Shown here: positions 11,773 to 24,623 of the stretch, piece by piece
Layout: each line of letters begins with the position of its first letter
Position numbering within the stretch: the stretch's first letter is position 1
Assembly: GCA_003344405.1 (NCBI GenBank)
Contig: NOWV01000013.1
Location: forward strand, 496,001 to 560,000
Direction: 5' to 3'
Length of the DNA: 64,000 nucleotides
From: Trichoplax sp. H2
Lineage: Eukaryota
Position numbers and translations under genes: made by a program
Notes under the pieces: model-generated
Databases searched by the model: none
The model's input: the letters and a program-made list of their open reading frames with translations, nothing else
What the model was told of the DNA's origin: nothing

Positions 11773-14151
11773 ATGAGTGAACGAAAACTTTGGCAAATAG
11801 CACGCAAGTGCCCACAAGGTGCTAAACAATTTATACAGAATTTACCAATTTCTTATCGAGCAAACTTTGAAAAATCAACGGTACGGTGCCATCCGTTACA
11901 GATCACCGCTGCGTTACATGAGTATTCCGACATATTATCAATACTAGTCAAGCATTATAAATTGGACTTGGAAGAAGAATGTGATATCTTCATTAAGAAA
12001 GAGAAAGTACAAGGTGCTACGGCGTTGTGGATAGCTTGCCTTCGATCTCATCTTCCAAGTATTAAGATATTAATTCAGAATGGAGCTCAGGTACAATATG
12101 GCTCTTACGCGTATGCGTTATGCGTGATTCTTTTTACATTTAATTTCAATAAGAAGATGACAGACGTTGAATTAAATTAATCAACATTTAAAGTGTAAAT
12201 CTTGGCTTGTGCTGTAAATAATTATAAGTACAATGGAAAATTCTCTTTCCTATGATACTGTATTATACAGTACTGTAGTGATAACAGATATTCCTTTTGT
12301 GGCTATCTCACTACTTACAATCATACTGTAGTGCTTCTTAATGCTACCATACTTCAATTACTACTGTAATTACATGAAACTACTACATATACGTTTATTC
12401 CAAAGTCATCATTAGGTCTATTGCAAATGAATAATTGACAATAAGAGTTTTCATTTTATTGCTAGTCTGCAGTTGCAGTACTCCTATAAAACTTTGATAA
12501 TGTCTTATGGATAATATAGCCAGGTGTAGTTTGGCAGTATTTATTAATGAATCGAGAAATTGAAGTATTCCTTATTATATTTCTACAGATCAATCACGCC
12601 ACAAGACATCTCTCAACACCTTTACGGGTTGCCTGCTCAGCCGGTAATCGCGATATCGTCCGGTATTTAATTGATCATGGAGCCGATCCATCGATCGCAA
12701 CGGTTAAGAATGATACCTGCTTGATGACTGCTTGTAGGCAAGGACATCGCAAGATTGCCACAATGCTATTGAAGCGCGGTGTCAATGTTAATGCTCAAAC
12801 TGTGACTGGTAAGACTGCTTTGCATGAGTGTGCTACTTCTGGAAGTATCAGAATCTGTAAATTATTATTAAAGTACGGCGCTATTCCCGTCCCCAATCAT
12901 TTTAATACCACACCATTGATGCATGGTGCATTATCTGGCCATAGCCTATTTGTCAAATGGTATATAACGCGTCGCAAATGTTTACTATCGGATAAATGTA
13001 AGGCTCTAATCCTGTTAGGTTGTACCGCTGCCGATAAATTACATGATCTAGCTCAAGCATTACATTGCTGGCGGACGGCTTTGACGATGTGGCAAGATAC
13101 TAAAGATCAACAACGTGCAGTTTCTAATTTAATTTCAACCAGTAAACCCCTGCCTGCATATGACTACATAACTATCATTCGCGGTGCTGCTGATATTGAT
13201 AGACTATCTATCAATCCTGATCATATTAGGATGCAAAGCTTAGCCTTGCGTGAGTGTATCATAGGTGATGGTCACCCAAGTACGCAGTATTATATACGAG
13301 TGCGTGGAGCAATGTACGGTGATTCTGAACAATTACTGCGTTGTTGGTCATTATGGCTGTATGCTCTTGATTTGCAACAACAATATATGCCTATTGCTGA
13401 TCCAGCTATTGAGAAGTCTTTCGTTTCATTCCTTACTTTATTTCAGCGACTCATTATAAATGGGACGAGCTTTCCTATTCATATTTTAATTGCTGTTTGT
13501 CGCAGAATATTGCAAGAAATTAGTCTCATTTCAATATGCCTACAGAGGGATAATCCAAACAAATTAAAAGCATTATCACGGCCTCCTATTAGTGATAACT
13601 TTTCTGTAGATCGTTTTATGAGTATTTGCTTGCATTTAATTCGTTGTTGGCTGGATATACAAAGTGAGGTGAACTCAGAACGTGATAAATTTACTGCGGC
13701 GTTATTAAATATTGATATCGTTACCTACGATAATAAGCAAACTTTTCTTCACCTTGTTGTATCAGCTGATCCTATGGCTTTACAATATAATCTTCGCGAA
13801 TTTCCTTGCCTCTACCTGGTGGAATATTTGATTGCTCATTGTAATGCCGAGGTCAACGTTTTAGATTGTAACAAAAATTCACCGTTACATCTATCCTGTT
13901 CTACAGCGCATCTGTATCCGGTTAACTTTGATATCATATCTTTGTTATTAAAGTATGGTTCTCATTTCGATATTCGAAACTCTTCAGGCTACACAGCCTA
14001 TGACAAAATTGTGGATATCAACGTCAAGCGATTGCTGAGAAAGCAATGTTTACCATCTCTTCTTTGCTTGACTTCGTCTGCTATTGTAAAGAATAATGTT
14101 AATTACAAAAATCTTCCCTCATCATTAACGTCTTTCATCGGTATGCATTAA
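11773..14151 (+). CDS. FEM1: Fem-1 homolog (ankyrin-repeat CRL2 substrate receptor), ~626 aa, 2 exons
   Basis: Exons 11773-12090 and 12589-14151 are in frame. Motifs GATALW, STPLR.AC, TCLM.AC..GH, MQSLALRE.I.G..HP and RGAMYGD, plus C-terminal ankyrins and a BC/VHL-box-like PSLLCL.S..I. Confidence 0.92.
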
Positions 14152-15504
14152 AATAAATTGCTTTTTGCTTGCAACTTTACAGTGTCAAGGTCAAGCCTTA
14201 CCTTAAACACAGTAATTTTCATCTAAGATTTGCTTTGTGACGATGATAGAACAACTTCGTATCTCTAACCATATGTGCGTACGGGTATATTGCCTATTTT
14301 GTAATTAATGTAGTCACTGATAACCTAGTCGTTATTGTACTCGAAAAATTGGCTGCGCTCTTAGCACAAATTGATAAAGATAAATGACAAATATAGCTCG
14401 GTAACATAATAACACACTCAAATGTTTGTACTTGAAAAAAGTATTCTAGAAGACGTAGATAAATACCAGTAATTTATTTGACTGAAATTTTCTTAATCAA
14501 TTTCACCATGCTATTAATTTATTGTAATAGATGTAAAGCCTTTATATAAATGCTACTAAGTACAGCTTTTAATGGTCGTAGTAATGCATATTTATATATA
14601 AAGTAATTATAAGAGTTAACTTAAATTTGATATAACAATGAAAAAATGGCTATTTCTAACTATACAGAGATGTCGAATAAATTCTTGTTCCTAGATATCG
14701 ATTGTATGTACTGTAAGGTATAAGTTGTAGATATAGGAAATTTTAACGACGTTATTCTTAAATAAATGTACTATACGAGTATAATTTGAAAGACTCCATT
14801 TCTTTATGTTAATCAATAAGTATGAAATACTCCTAGACATTAAACTGTTAAAATAACGATGGGGATTATTTCGTAATTTTTACAATAAAATTTCTTTTAC
14901 TTTTAAAGCTTCATCTGAGCTTTGACGTTAGCTTTCTTTCGCTATTAATTTTTTGAACATAAACAATCTCACTTGCTGACTGTTTATAAAACAGTGGCAG
15001 TGCGTAATATCTTTATTACATAGACGATTCTCGCCATACTTCAAAGAATAAAATATCCATTAGAGAAAGAGTTCATAAATTTAGCATGCTATATTTACGG
15101 CAGTATATTTGCCCTGAGTAAGTTACCATAAAATTAATTTCATGCCCATGCATACGTTTACTAGGATTGCGGACATTGTTAATGTACTAAGTACCCATGG
15201 CATAAATTCGACGACAGCAGTCAGCAAAATTATCTCATAAAACACATCGCCAGACTATTAGAACATCTAAAACCCTTATTATACGTAATATATGTCTATA
15301 CGTATTTATAATACTCTTAATTATATTACTGCGATAGGCGATTATAGAAATGGAGAACCGAGTATGTCTAAAATGTTATATACATAAAGGGGATATTTGA
15401 TAATTGTATATCATGAAGTCATATAGCTAAATTATACTTTATGAGGAAGCCGTAGTACGGTTAGCATAATGATAAACGTGCTGTTCACGTGATTAGTAAT
15501 AACT

Positions 15505-18144
15505 TCAATATTGCACTTCTTGCAAGCATTCTTCAACTAATTTCTTCACATTAGGATTCTCTATAGCAGCAGCAACGCGTTCTTTGTCATTGATTTGCTT
15601 ATTGACTATCAACAAAAATCAGAAACAAGAACGCGATTTTAATGAGACAATTTCTTGATTACAACCAATTTACTCTAGCAAAACTGATGGCAGCGCTATA
15701 AATTTAATATCCTTAACTTTTTAATATAAAATACAAAATAATGTTTAACTATACCATACCGCCATCTTCGGTATCGTGACTTCCTTTGGTAACGTAAATA
15801 TCTAACTAGATAATTACAAAAATATGCACGTTTTATTTTTAGATTCCTATTTTATGATACCATAACCTTACTTCTACTTTTTGTAGTAACGTGTGTAGCG
15901 TTTATGCATCACAGAGAATTATAATTATGCACACGGTAACCACGCCTCTATATTTCAAAGTGTTCAAAACTATTTCACATTCAGAGAAGACGTATCCACA
16001 GTAAATTATTTGTATTATATTATCTATAATTTTACTATTTCGCTCGCTATGACTATTATTTTACAAAAAACTACACCAATAGTTGATGTAAGTTGTCAGT
16101 TCCTCTCTTACTTTATAATCTTGGTCCAGACATCGTTGTAACTTTACTCTAATACATAGACCTATTAAAAAACATACAGTTAGTGTAAGCATACTTCCTT
16201 TTTATCTGAAAACCAATTCAGTATGCACCGCGATACACGTAATATAATTAAATACATTTTATGTTTACATCTTTCAGATAATTTACCGTAGTTATTATTT
16301 TAAGCAAATTAAACAAATTTGATGCAGATATTATTATTTCAGAATACTAATACTATGACTTAAAAAGCATTGCATATTTTTTGCTTTGATCGGCTGTAAA
16401 ATTATTCTACATTAAATTGACCGCACCGGCTTATTTTCAGTGATAGCTACATGGAGCACTAACGTCATATTATTATTATATACCTATTACGATCCTTGAT
16501 TAACGCTAAAATTACTTTTATGGCTGATCTTACGATAGATTAATGACCAGAATAGTATTTCTTACGTACCAATTAATGTAGCTAATGAACAATGCGGAAC
16601 TGTTGGAGTGAAATTAATCCGAATACAAGCTTCTCCTTGCTTCATATTTCGTACAAAGATCTCATCTTCAGTGACAACATTTAATTCTTCCAAGGTTTGA
16701 GGTAATTCTGGATCCTAGCAAAAAGTGAAATCGAATTTAATGGTGTTTTCAACCTGGTGTAGTTATTGTTGATAAGAATATAACTGATAAATGTTTTGTT
16801 CTTAAGATATAAAGTCACTTACTTTGATATCGCGAATAAGTTCTGCACGTAAATTTTAATTGGATAGTACGTGTATATATAATTAAATAGAGAGAACGAA
16901 AAATATTAATATAATGTTGCTTCAATGCGACGTATATATACAATGCAACCAGGTATTGTAATGATAGAAAATTAAAATTACTGTCTTGCAGTTAGAAAAC
17001 TTTAGCAACACGAATATTCTACAATACTAATAGCATGAAACTGGAGTAGAATTGCGGCATATAGATAATATTTCGATAGTTCCAATTTATATTTCAGTCT
17101 ACAGTATTTGGATTTTTATTATTAATTATAATTATGCGTCAATTTAAATATAGCTGCTCGCATACGTCAATAAAAATACACACTATAGACGCACTGCATA
17201 ACCCCATTCGTAATCTGTTGAAAGAATTTCCATGGCGCGTAGGTTAGCGAATGGCATAGCTACGTAACTGATGTTATAGGTATATGAGGCTATATCTAGA
17301 TTTGAGGTTTGACTTTACTCTTCTTAAGGGTATACAACAGGGATTACTATACAATTGTACATTTTACACTTTAATAGTATGACAATTGATTAAGCAGGAA
17401 TAAATAGACAGTTTAGTAGGCAAACCTAAAGCAAAGTTAGAACTTCATTGCCTTTTTCAGTAATAAGTCTTATTTGTATAGGATTGTACATATGGTGGTT
17501 GATTGTAATCATCAACTTTTAATGGATCAGTGCTATTCACATAGCTTCATAGAATCAAGATTTGCATGAAATTTGGTATCGCAATATTCTTTAGCAGACC
17601 TTTATCATCGCAACTACTCGTATGAATTAATTAATTACGCAAACAGAACCATCTGGAACCATTAAGTAAGTTATTGCTAGTATATGGATAATCTATTTGC
17701 CGCCGATATTATACTGTTAGGTATTGCTATCATAAAGCAAAATGGAATCGTTCACCGTGCAGAATGTGTAACTGTACACCCGGTCGATGTGATGTTGGTA
17801 TGTACCAGTAGGCACAGTACTATGTAAATCATATTTGTACAGGGGTATATTGGCAGGTACATTACCGCTTGATCATATATATATGTTATATATATATATA
17901 TATATATCTATACTACGTAAGATCACTAACATCCAAGCATTTTGCAACGTAAGTGCTGAATAAAGACCTCATGTAGACAAAATAGAAAGAAAATGCGCCT
18001 ATTGCACACAAGTTACATCAATTTACCAAATATTTGACTACAGAGCTTCTGGTTATCACTGCTGTCGGCAAAGTTGGATGATCCACTATTGCATGATGCA
18101 GGTTGTTGGTAAAATTGATTGGCTAAAAGACTGTTTGTATCCAT
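15505..18144 (-). CDS. CIAO2A: Cytosolic Fe-S assembly component 2A (FAM96A/MIP18 family), 6 exons
   Basis: Exons 18144-18027, 16842-16823, 16714-16570, 16161-16112, 15805-15760 and 15605-15505 give ...[21 protein letters not shown]...[22 protein letters not shown]...[29 protein letters not shown] and QINDKER are FAM96A-type. The gene is absent from the ORF track. Confidence 0.9.
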
Positions 18145-18320
18145 TAACGTATAAATTTTGCCTTATCCATTAAAATTATCCTTTAATAAATGAAATGTGA
18201 ACCAATCACGAAGGGGAAGAAGGATCCAGCAAGCAAGAAAAAAATATTTCTTAACAGGAAACGTAATTCATTTTGAAAGATTGATTTTGCGAGAGTTAAG
18301 ACGTTTAGACTGGTTACCTG

Positions 18321-18615
18321 AGTACAGTACAGTAGCGTACTCAACAGTATTGCTACACTTTATCAGTACTGAGCTTACCATACTGTACTGTACAGTACTA
18401 TAGAGTTATGGGCTTCAGTGCACAGTACTGTAAAGTACAGTAAAAGTTGATGCTCGATTGTACTGTACACTGTACGGTATTGTACCGCACAGTAGTCGTA
18501 GTCAACGACTGGAAGTATACGGACGTACAGATGGATCAAGTACAGAACAGTACAGCACGGTAAAATAAAACCCATAAAAACCTCTACTGTACTGTACTGT
18601 ACTGTATGCCTGTAC
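18321..18615. repeat. TACAG/CTGTA tract immediately 5' of CIAO2A
   Basis: agtacagtacagtag, tactgtactgtacagtac and tactgtactgtactgtactgta lie 180-470 bp upstream of the ATG at 18144. Confidence 0.8.
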
Positions 18616-19986
18616 CAGCTTTCATTCTGTACAACACATCATGTTTCATACTCTTATTTTATAGCATTTCTCGGTACACATCATAAAAATAAATTTACTC
18701 TTTATATACCTAAGATTTAGCTATTGGAAGTAGTTGATATAAGACTTTCTTGGTTTTATGGCACTGTACTATAAATTATTCAATCTTCATGCATTAGAAT
18801 TTTGAATACAATGGAGATACTATGACACTATGCATTATTTGATACAGCTGGAACACGATTTCCAGGTAAAATGGAAATTCAGAAATAATAATCCGAGAAA
18901 TTAAATGACATGCAATCAGTAGACTTTCTGTATGTATAGTAAAATATTCAGATAAGAGATTAAAACAATAAAAATCATTTACCTTAATTTCCTTTAATTT
19001 ATTTATCACAAATTTAGCAAAGGCTAATACAGCTAGTCAACTTTTTAGTATGATAATATAATACACGTAAAATAGGGTTATAAAATCTTGGAAGCATAGT
19101 AGATCTCTGCATCAAACCAACGTCTTTCGCCCACGTAGCTCAAGCTCAAGCACTAAGCAGTAAATACGTACTGTAATTAATTTTACTGCACGATCAAAAT
19201 TTCAATTTTCATGTATTTATACAGTAATATAATCTACAATAGGCGTATCAAGTATACGCGAACACGGTACTGTATAAGCAATCGCATTGAAATGTAAGTT
19301 ATTAATAATTATAATTATAGTATAATGTAAGAGTACAACAGCGGCGAAAATACGATTAATAAACCTTTGGTAATAGTCTTAACTGCAATAGCTGTAATAG
19401 AATCTTGAGCGAATAGCTTATCAATAATACGAAAAAATGAAATATTAAACGCGTAGTTGTGTAATGTGATTTACCATTAAGTATACTATAGCAAACATAA
19501 TAGGTATACAATAATACAATTTTATTTTTGACTTATTGATCGGTACTATCTAGCCATTAATACTTGCACATTACGTTTACTGAATTACGTTATCATTAAA
19601 ATTAGCTGCATCATTCCATCGAAATAAGTGAAGGAAACTTTTAGTTTAAAAATACAGTAACTATTTTATTTATTGGTAGTAAAGAGAACATTGTCCTCTT
19701 ATGTAGTACAAGCGAGATATGTTTGAGAAACTGAACAAGCTATTAATATTAGAAAAGAAATAATTATAATCGTCATTTTGTTAATCCAGTATTAGTATGA
19801 TATCGCAATCATTCACAATCTAACGATAATGTCAATATTTGAAACATGCTCATAATATGTGAGAAAATGCAGTCTGATGAATAAGACTACACCATATTAT
19901 TTTCAAGTTTTAAAAACGCCGAAAGTATATGATATGCTCCTGTTTGAAATCATGATAAGAAACGTAATGAATGATACCACACTTGA

Positions 19987-22900
19987 TCAACATATCCCGA
20001 GTCGTGTCGACAAGGTCCTCTTAGGATGCTGGTTGCCAACTGTTTTCGCAGAATCTGTTTGTGTAGACGCTGGTATAACTCGAACCTTCTTGGAGAAGTT
20101 TTTATAGAACAATCTTCTAAAGGTGTTTTGAAATTTTTGACTCCGAATTAAAAATATATAAGGATTAATGATACTATTAATGCATACAACAAGAAGTAGA
20201 GTATAGGTCGTATGAAGAGAATAGGCTACAGCATTAAACATTTGTAACACATTGATTATAGTGTAAGGAGTAAACGAAATGAAGTAGACAAAAAATATAA
20301 TAAAGAATGTTACGGTTAGTTTCGTTTCTTTTTTGCTATATTTTATTCTATTATTTTTGGGCTCAGGCAAATTATGAACTTGTAGATTCTGCTTACTTTT
20401 TCTTACGATTATATAAATCTTATAATAACAAGTACCGATAATCACTGTTGGCATAACATAGTAAATTACTGTAGCAGCTAATAGAACTATAATATCCTCA
20501 AGAGGCTGATTAGCAGTATGTGATATCAGGCAGAGACCAACTGTAGGAAAATAAGTGAATTTTGTAAAGAAGCCAAAGGTAGATGGTGAAGCGGACAATA
20601 TCGCCAACAACCAAGATAACATAACTGCGATAATACTATTTTTAGGTGTACACCAATTTTTATATCGATGAGGGTAAGCCATCATAATATACCTAGTGAA
20701 CGCCATAATTGTCATGATAAAAATATCTGCTACGGCAAATGCTACCATCAAACCATAACGAAATCGACATTCAAAATCATTGTGAGAGTAGATAGGCTTT
20801 TTGACTGATTGAAGATATACCGGCATGATATTTAGGGCACTTAAAATAGATGAATAAATATCAATACATTACATCATATTATTTTATACTACGTCATCAT
20901 AGCTCAATAACATATATAACTAAGGTTGCATTGGCGTACAAAACACATGCTGAAAACATATAAGAATAATTATATATGGCTGTGCTATAAAGAAGATTGA
21001 TATTGAGTAATACTGTAATCTAATCTAATTTTATTTAGAATTAAACAATGCAACTTACATTTATAGCAAAATTTAAATAACGCTATTACTGGATAATGTA
21101 ATTTAATGATGCTGGGCAATTAAACCGCCCTATATTAATTGGTATTCATGCATCATCGAATACGGTATACATCTGCAATTATATAATTACCCATATACGT
21201 ATTTCGTGCGTAAGCTGAACAGTCTTAATCAACTATCACGTCATTATCGATATAGTTTGTATCATTGTCGATTATGAAAGTCATTTACGTTTAGCATATA
21301 ACTTTTCTGTGTTCGTGCAGTTTTATAATAATCGCAATTATGCCTGACACGGCATCACAATGGTTAATTAATGGGTTAAGACTGCACGAGATTCAATATT
21401 GACATATATCAATAAGTAGGATAACAATCGCAGACTCCTTCACAAGCGTATTCTCGCATAGCATACGATACGAAGTCAGCTGCTTTTCAAAAATTAGCGA
21501 TGCTATGTCATCATCCCCTTGGTTTCAGAGTCAGTAAGATTGCAAACATTCATATTTTGAAGCCATACTGTAGAATATTTGTCGTACTTTTTAAGAAAAT
21601 GATATTGCACCTTCGTAGCAAAAAAGACAATATGTAAAATATGATAATTAACCCGTAGTGACTCTAGAACTTAACCCAAACAACCAAAAGCTGTGTATGA
21701 TATTATTCTTAACAACTTTGCAGGATACGTACAGCAAGGATAAGTTGATAAGTATATTCACAATTAATAATTTACGTCCTAAATCGTGCCTTGCAGTATT
21801 ATTAATCAGATTTTATGAGACTTTGCCAAAATATAAGTAGTATTTTCAAAATCATACAGTACCAATTTGGGATTCTAAACAATTCTAACATATCTCTTAT
21901 TTTTGATTGGGTATCTGTCACAAAACAGCTTTGCAACAAGATAACGTAATCTACGATCAATAAGTCAATTCCTTGAACTACGTATCAAGGAACGATATCT
22001 GCACTATCACGAGCACTTTTGCTCTACTAGCAGACTACACAAAGACTTAAACGCCTCGTATTTTACGTTAAACACTAAGTTGGACAATTCTTCTTTATTT
22101 CACGATATACTGCATTTATATACTATTCCTCAATAGTTCATGAGTCATAGTTAATACAATTAACATTAGAATCATTTACTGAATTAGATATTAATTTTAG
22201 CTACTGCTCTCTTAATGCAGACAACAGTATTTACGAACATAGACATGTAATAACTAATACAGAATAGTCAGATTACGATATGTCCTATCACGGAACATTT
22301 CCATGATAATTTACAGTCTATCNNNNNNNNNNNNNNNNNNNNATCTGCAATTATATAATTACCCATATACGTATTTTGTGCGTAAGCTGAACAGTCTTAA
22401 TCAACTATCACGTCATTATCGATATAGTTTGTATCATTGTCGATTATGAAAGTCATTTACGTTTAGCATATAACTTTTCTGTGTTCGTACAGTTTTATAA
22501 TAATCGCAATTATGCCTGACACGGCATCACAATGGTTAATTAATGGGTTAAGACTACACGAGATTCAATATTGACATATATCAATAAGTAGGATAACAAT
22601 CGCAGACTCCTTTCCAAGCGTATTCTCGCATAGCATACGATACGAAGTCAGCTGCTTTTCAAAAATTAGCGATGCTATGTCATCATCCCCTTGGTTTCAG
22701 AGTCAGTAAGATTGCAAACATTCATATTTTGAAGCCATACTGTAGAATATTTGTCGTACTTTTTAAGAAAATGATATTGCACCTTCGTAGCAAAAAAGAC
22801 AATATGTAAAATATGATAATTAACCCGTAGTGACTCTAGAACTTAACCCAAACAACCTGCAGGATATGTACAGCAAGGATAAGTTGATAAGTATATCACA

Positions 22901-24623
22901 ATTAATAATTTACGTCCTAAATCGTGCCTTGCAGTATTATTAATCAGATTTTACGAGACTTGCCAAAATATAAGTAGTATTTTCAAAATCATACAGTACT
23001 AATTTGGGATTCTAAACAATTCTAAAATATCTCTTATTTTTGATTGGGTATCGCACACTTACTACTGATATGTTTTCATCTGCTAGTGTTAAGCTAAGAT
23101 TTCCAAGCCATAAGGGTAATACAGTGCCTTGAGTAGGATTACAAATTTTCAGACTACGGGCGATTTTATTAGCTGTATTAATTGATTTTTAATGACAAAT
23201 CATAATATCAATTAACTAAAGGAAATTAAGATAAATATCATAAACTAAACCAGTAAGGATAAATAATTAGAGAGAGCACGCAAAGAGAAATTTACTAAAT
23301 AGGACAGATAGAATTATCGGGCATAATAAAAAATGGCCATTTCATTGATCTCTACAGCTAGAAACAAAATGCTATGATCAAAATGCGTACAGTAGTTTCT
23401 ATTAGGGAATGATTTTCCCATTATCAACTATACGCTTCTTAGCTAGACTTCTATTAACAAAGTAAATGCATAGGTGCTTGTGGCTTTAGCTAAAAGAGTA
23501 AAAATGCGTCACCTGGATTATAATTTTTTTAATCCATTTTTTGATCGAGATCTTATTTTGAGATACTTTTAGCTATAAAATGTGTACGAAATATCGTTAA
23601 AATAAGTGTTTTTTTAACAATTAATTTAGTATCAAAGAATTTCCCTCCTTGTAAGTAAAAGCGAGACTATAGTTTTAATTTCTGGCCTTAATGTAAAAGA
23701 CGCTAAGCAATATTATTTTTATGAAGTAGTATCAAGAAATATGAAATGAAAATGGCATTTACTTTCATGATAAGATCAATATAGAGTAGAGTATATTAGA
23801 AAGGAAAGATCGGTCTCAAAGCTTATTAGAGACTTCATTCATGTAATACTTAGTATTGCAGAAGTGCTAGCATGCACAGGAAACTCCAGGCACCGGTCAC
23901 AATTTAGTTTACTTACGGTAAAATAAGCATTAGCCGTGCTACAATATTCTACAGGATAAATTATATAAATTATTGTATAGCATACATATAGAACATTTTC
24001 GTTGATTATTATTAAAATTAAATTAGATAATATATAAATAAATTGATTTATGGAACGTTGCTACGGGAATTGTAACTACCTCTAGGGATTGTAAGCAAAA
24101 TCAGGTATTTACCATAAATAAAATGTACAAGATTTTATGTTACACCAGATAAATTTTAATAATTAACTAAATAATAACGACAGCCAATTCATAAATCTTC
24201 TTCTGCTATAAACTTAAGATACAGATACTAAAGAAGAAAGGGGATCCATATCGTACTACACATTAATTGAAATTATAATTAAAATTTACTATTTATGACA
24301 TTGTTGCTATAATATACGATAACATAATTAATGATTTCGATACAGCATAAGTGGTCCTCTTACCTTGCAATTACGTACAAGAAATCCGCTAGTGCCAAAT
24401 TTAAAATTTGTACATCGTTGACTGAGATTTTTCTGATCTTCCAAAACATATAGAATGAGAGTAGACCATTACCAACCAAGCCGATTATTAAATAGGCAAT
24501 TAAAGTGCTTATAAAGAAATTATGTCCATAAAAAGTTTCACTTATTGGGAATACAGTCGAAGTTAAGTTAGCATTCAGCGTGGTAGAGTTTATGGGAATT
24601 AGATTTATATCTTCAATTTCCAT
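19987..24623 (-). CDS. Rhodopsin-class GPCR (melatonin-receptor/GPR84/Moody-like), ~370 aa, 2 exons
   Basis: Exon 24623-24364 (GLVGN in TM1, NLALADFL in TM2) splices in frame to exon 20839-19987 (AFTRY, TM5 P..II..CY..I, FISFTPY, NSIINPYIF). The intron is 3.5 kb. Confidence 0.88.
21171..21915 (+). repeat. Near-identical ~740-bp duplicate, copy 1 (probably an uncollapsed haplotype)
   Basis: Matches 22343-23052 apart from a few substitutions, single-base indels and one ~33-bp indel. Confidence 0.9.
21916..22322 (+). mobile_element. LTR-like element, copy B (diverged, truncated by N gap)
   Basis: Starts TGTCACAAAACAGC..CAAGATAACGTAA like copy A. Shares ACGCCT...TACGTTAAA, ATGAGTCATA and GA.TAC...ATGTCC blocks in the same order. 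Runs into the gap. Confidence 0.6.
22323..22342. other. Assembly gap (20 N)
   Basis: Run of n characters. Confidence 1.
22343..23052 (+). repeat. Near-identical duplicate, copy 2 (lacks the adjacent LTR-like insertion)
   Basis: Begins immediately after the gap. Homology with copy 1 ends at GGGTATC. Confidence 0.9.
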
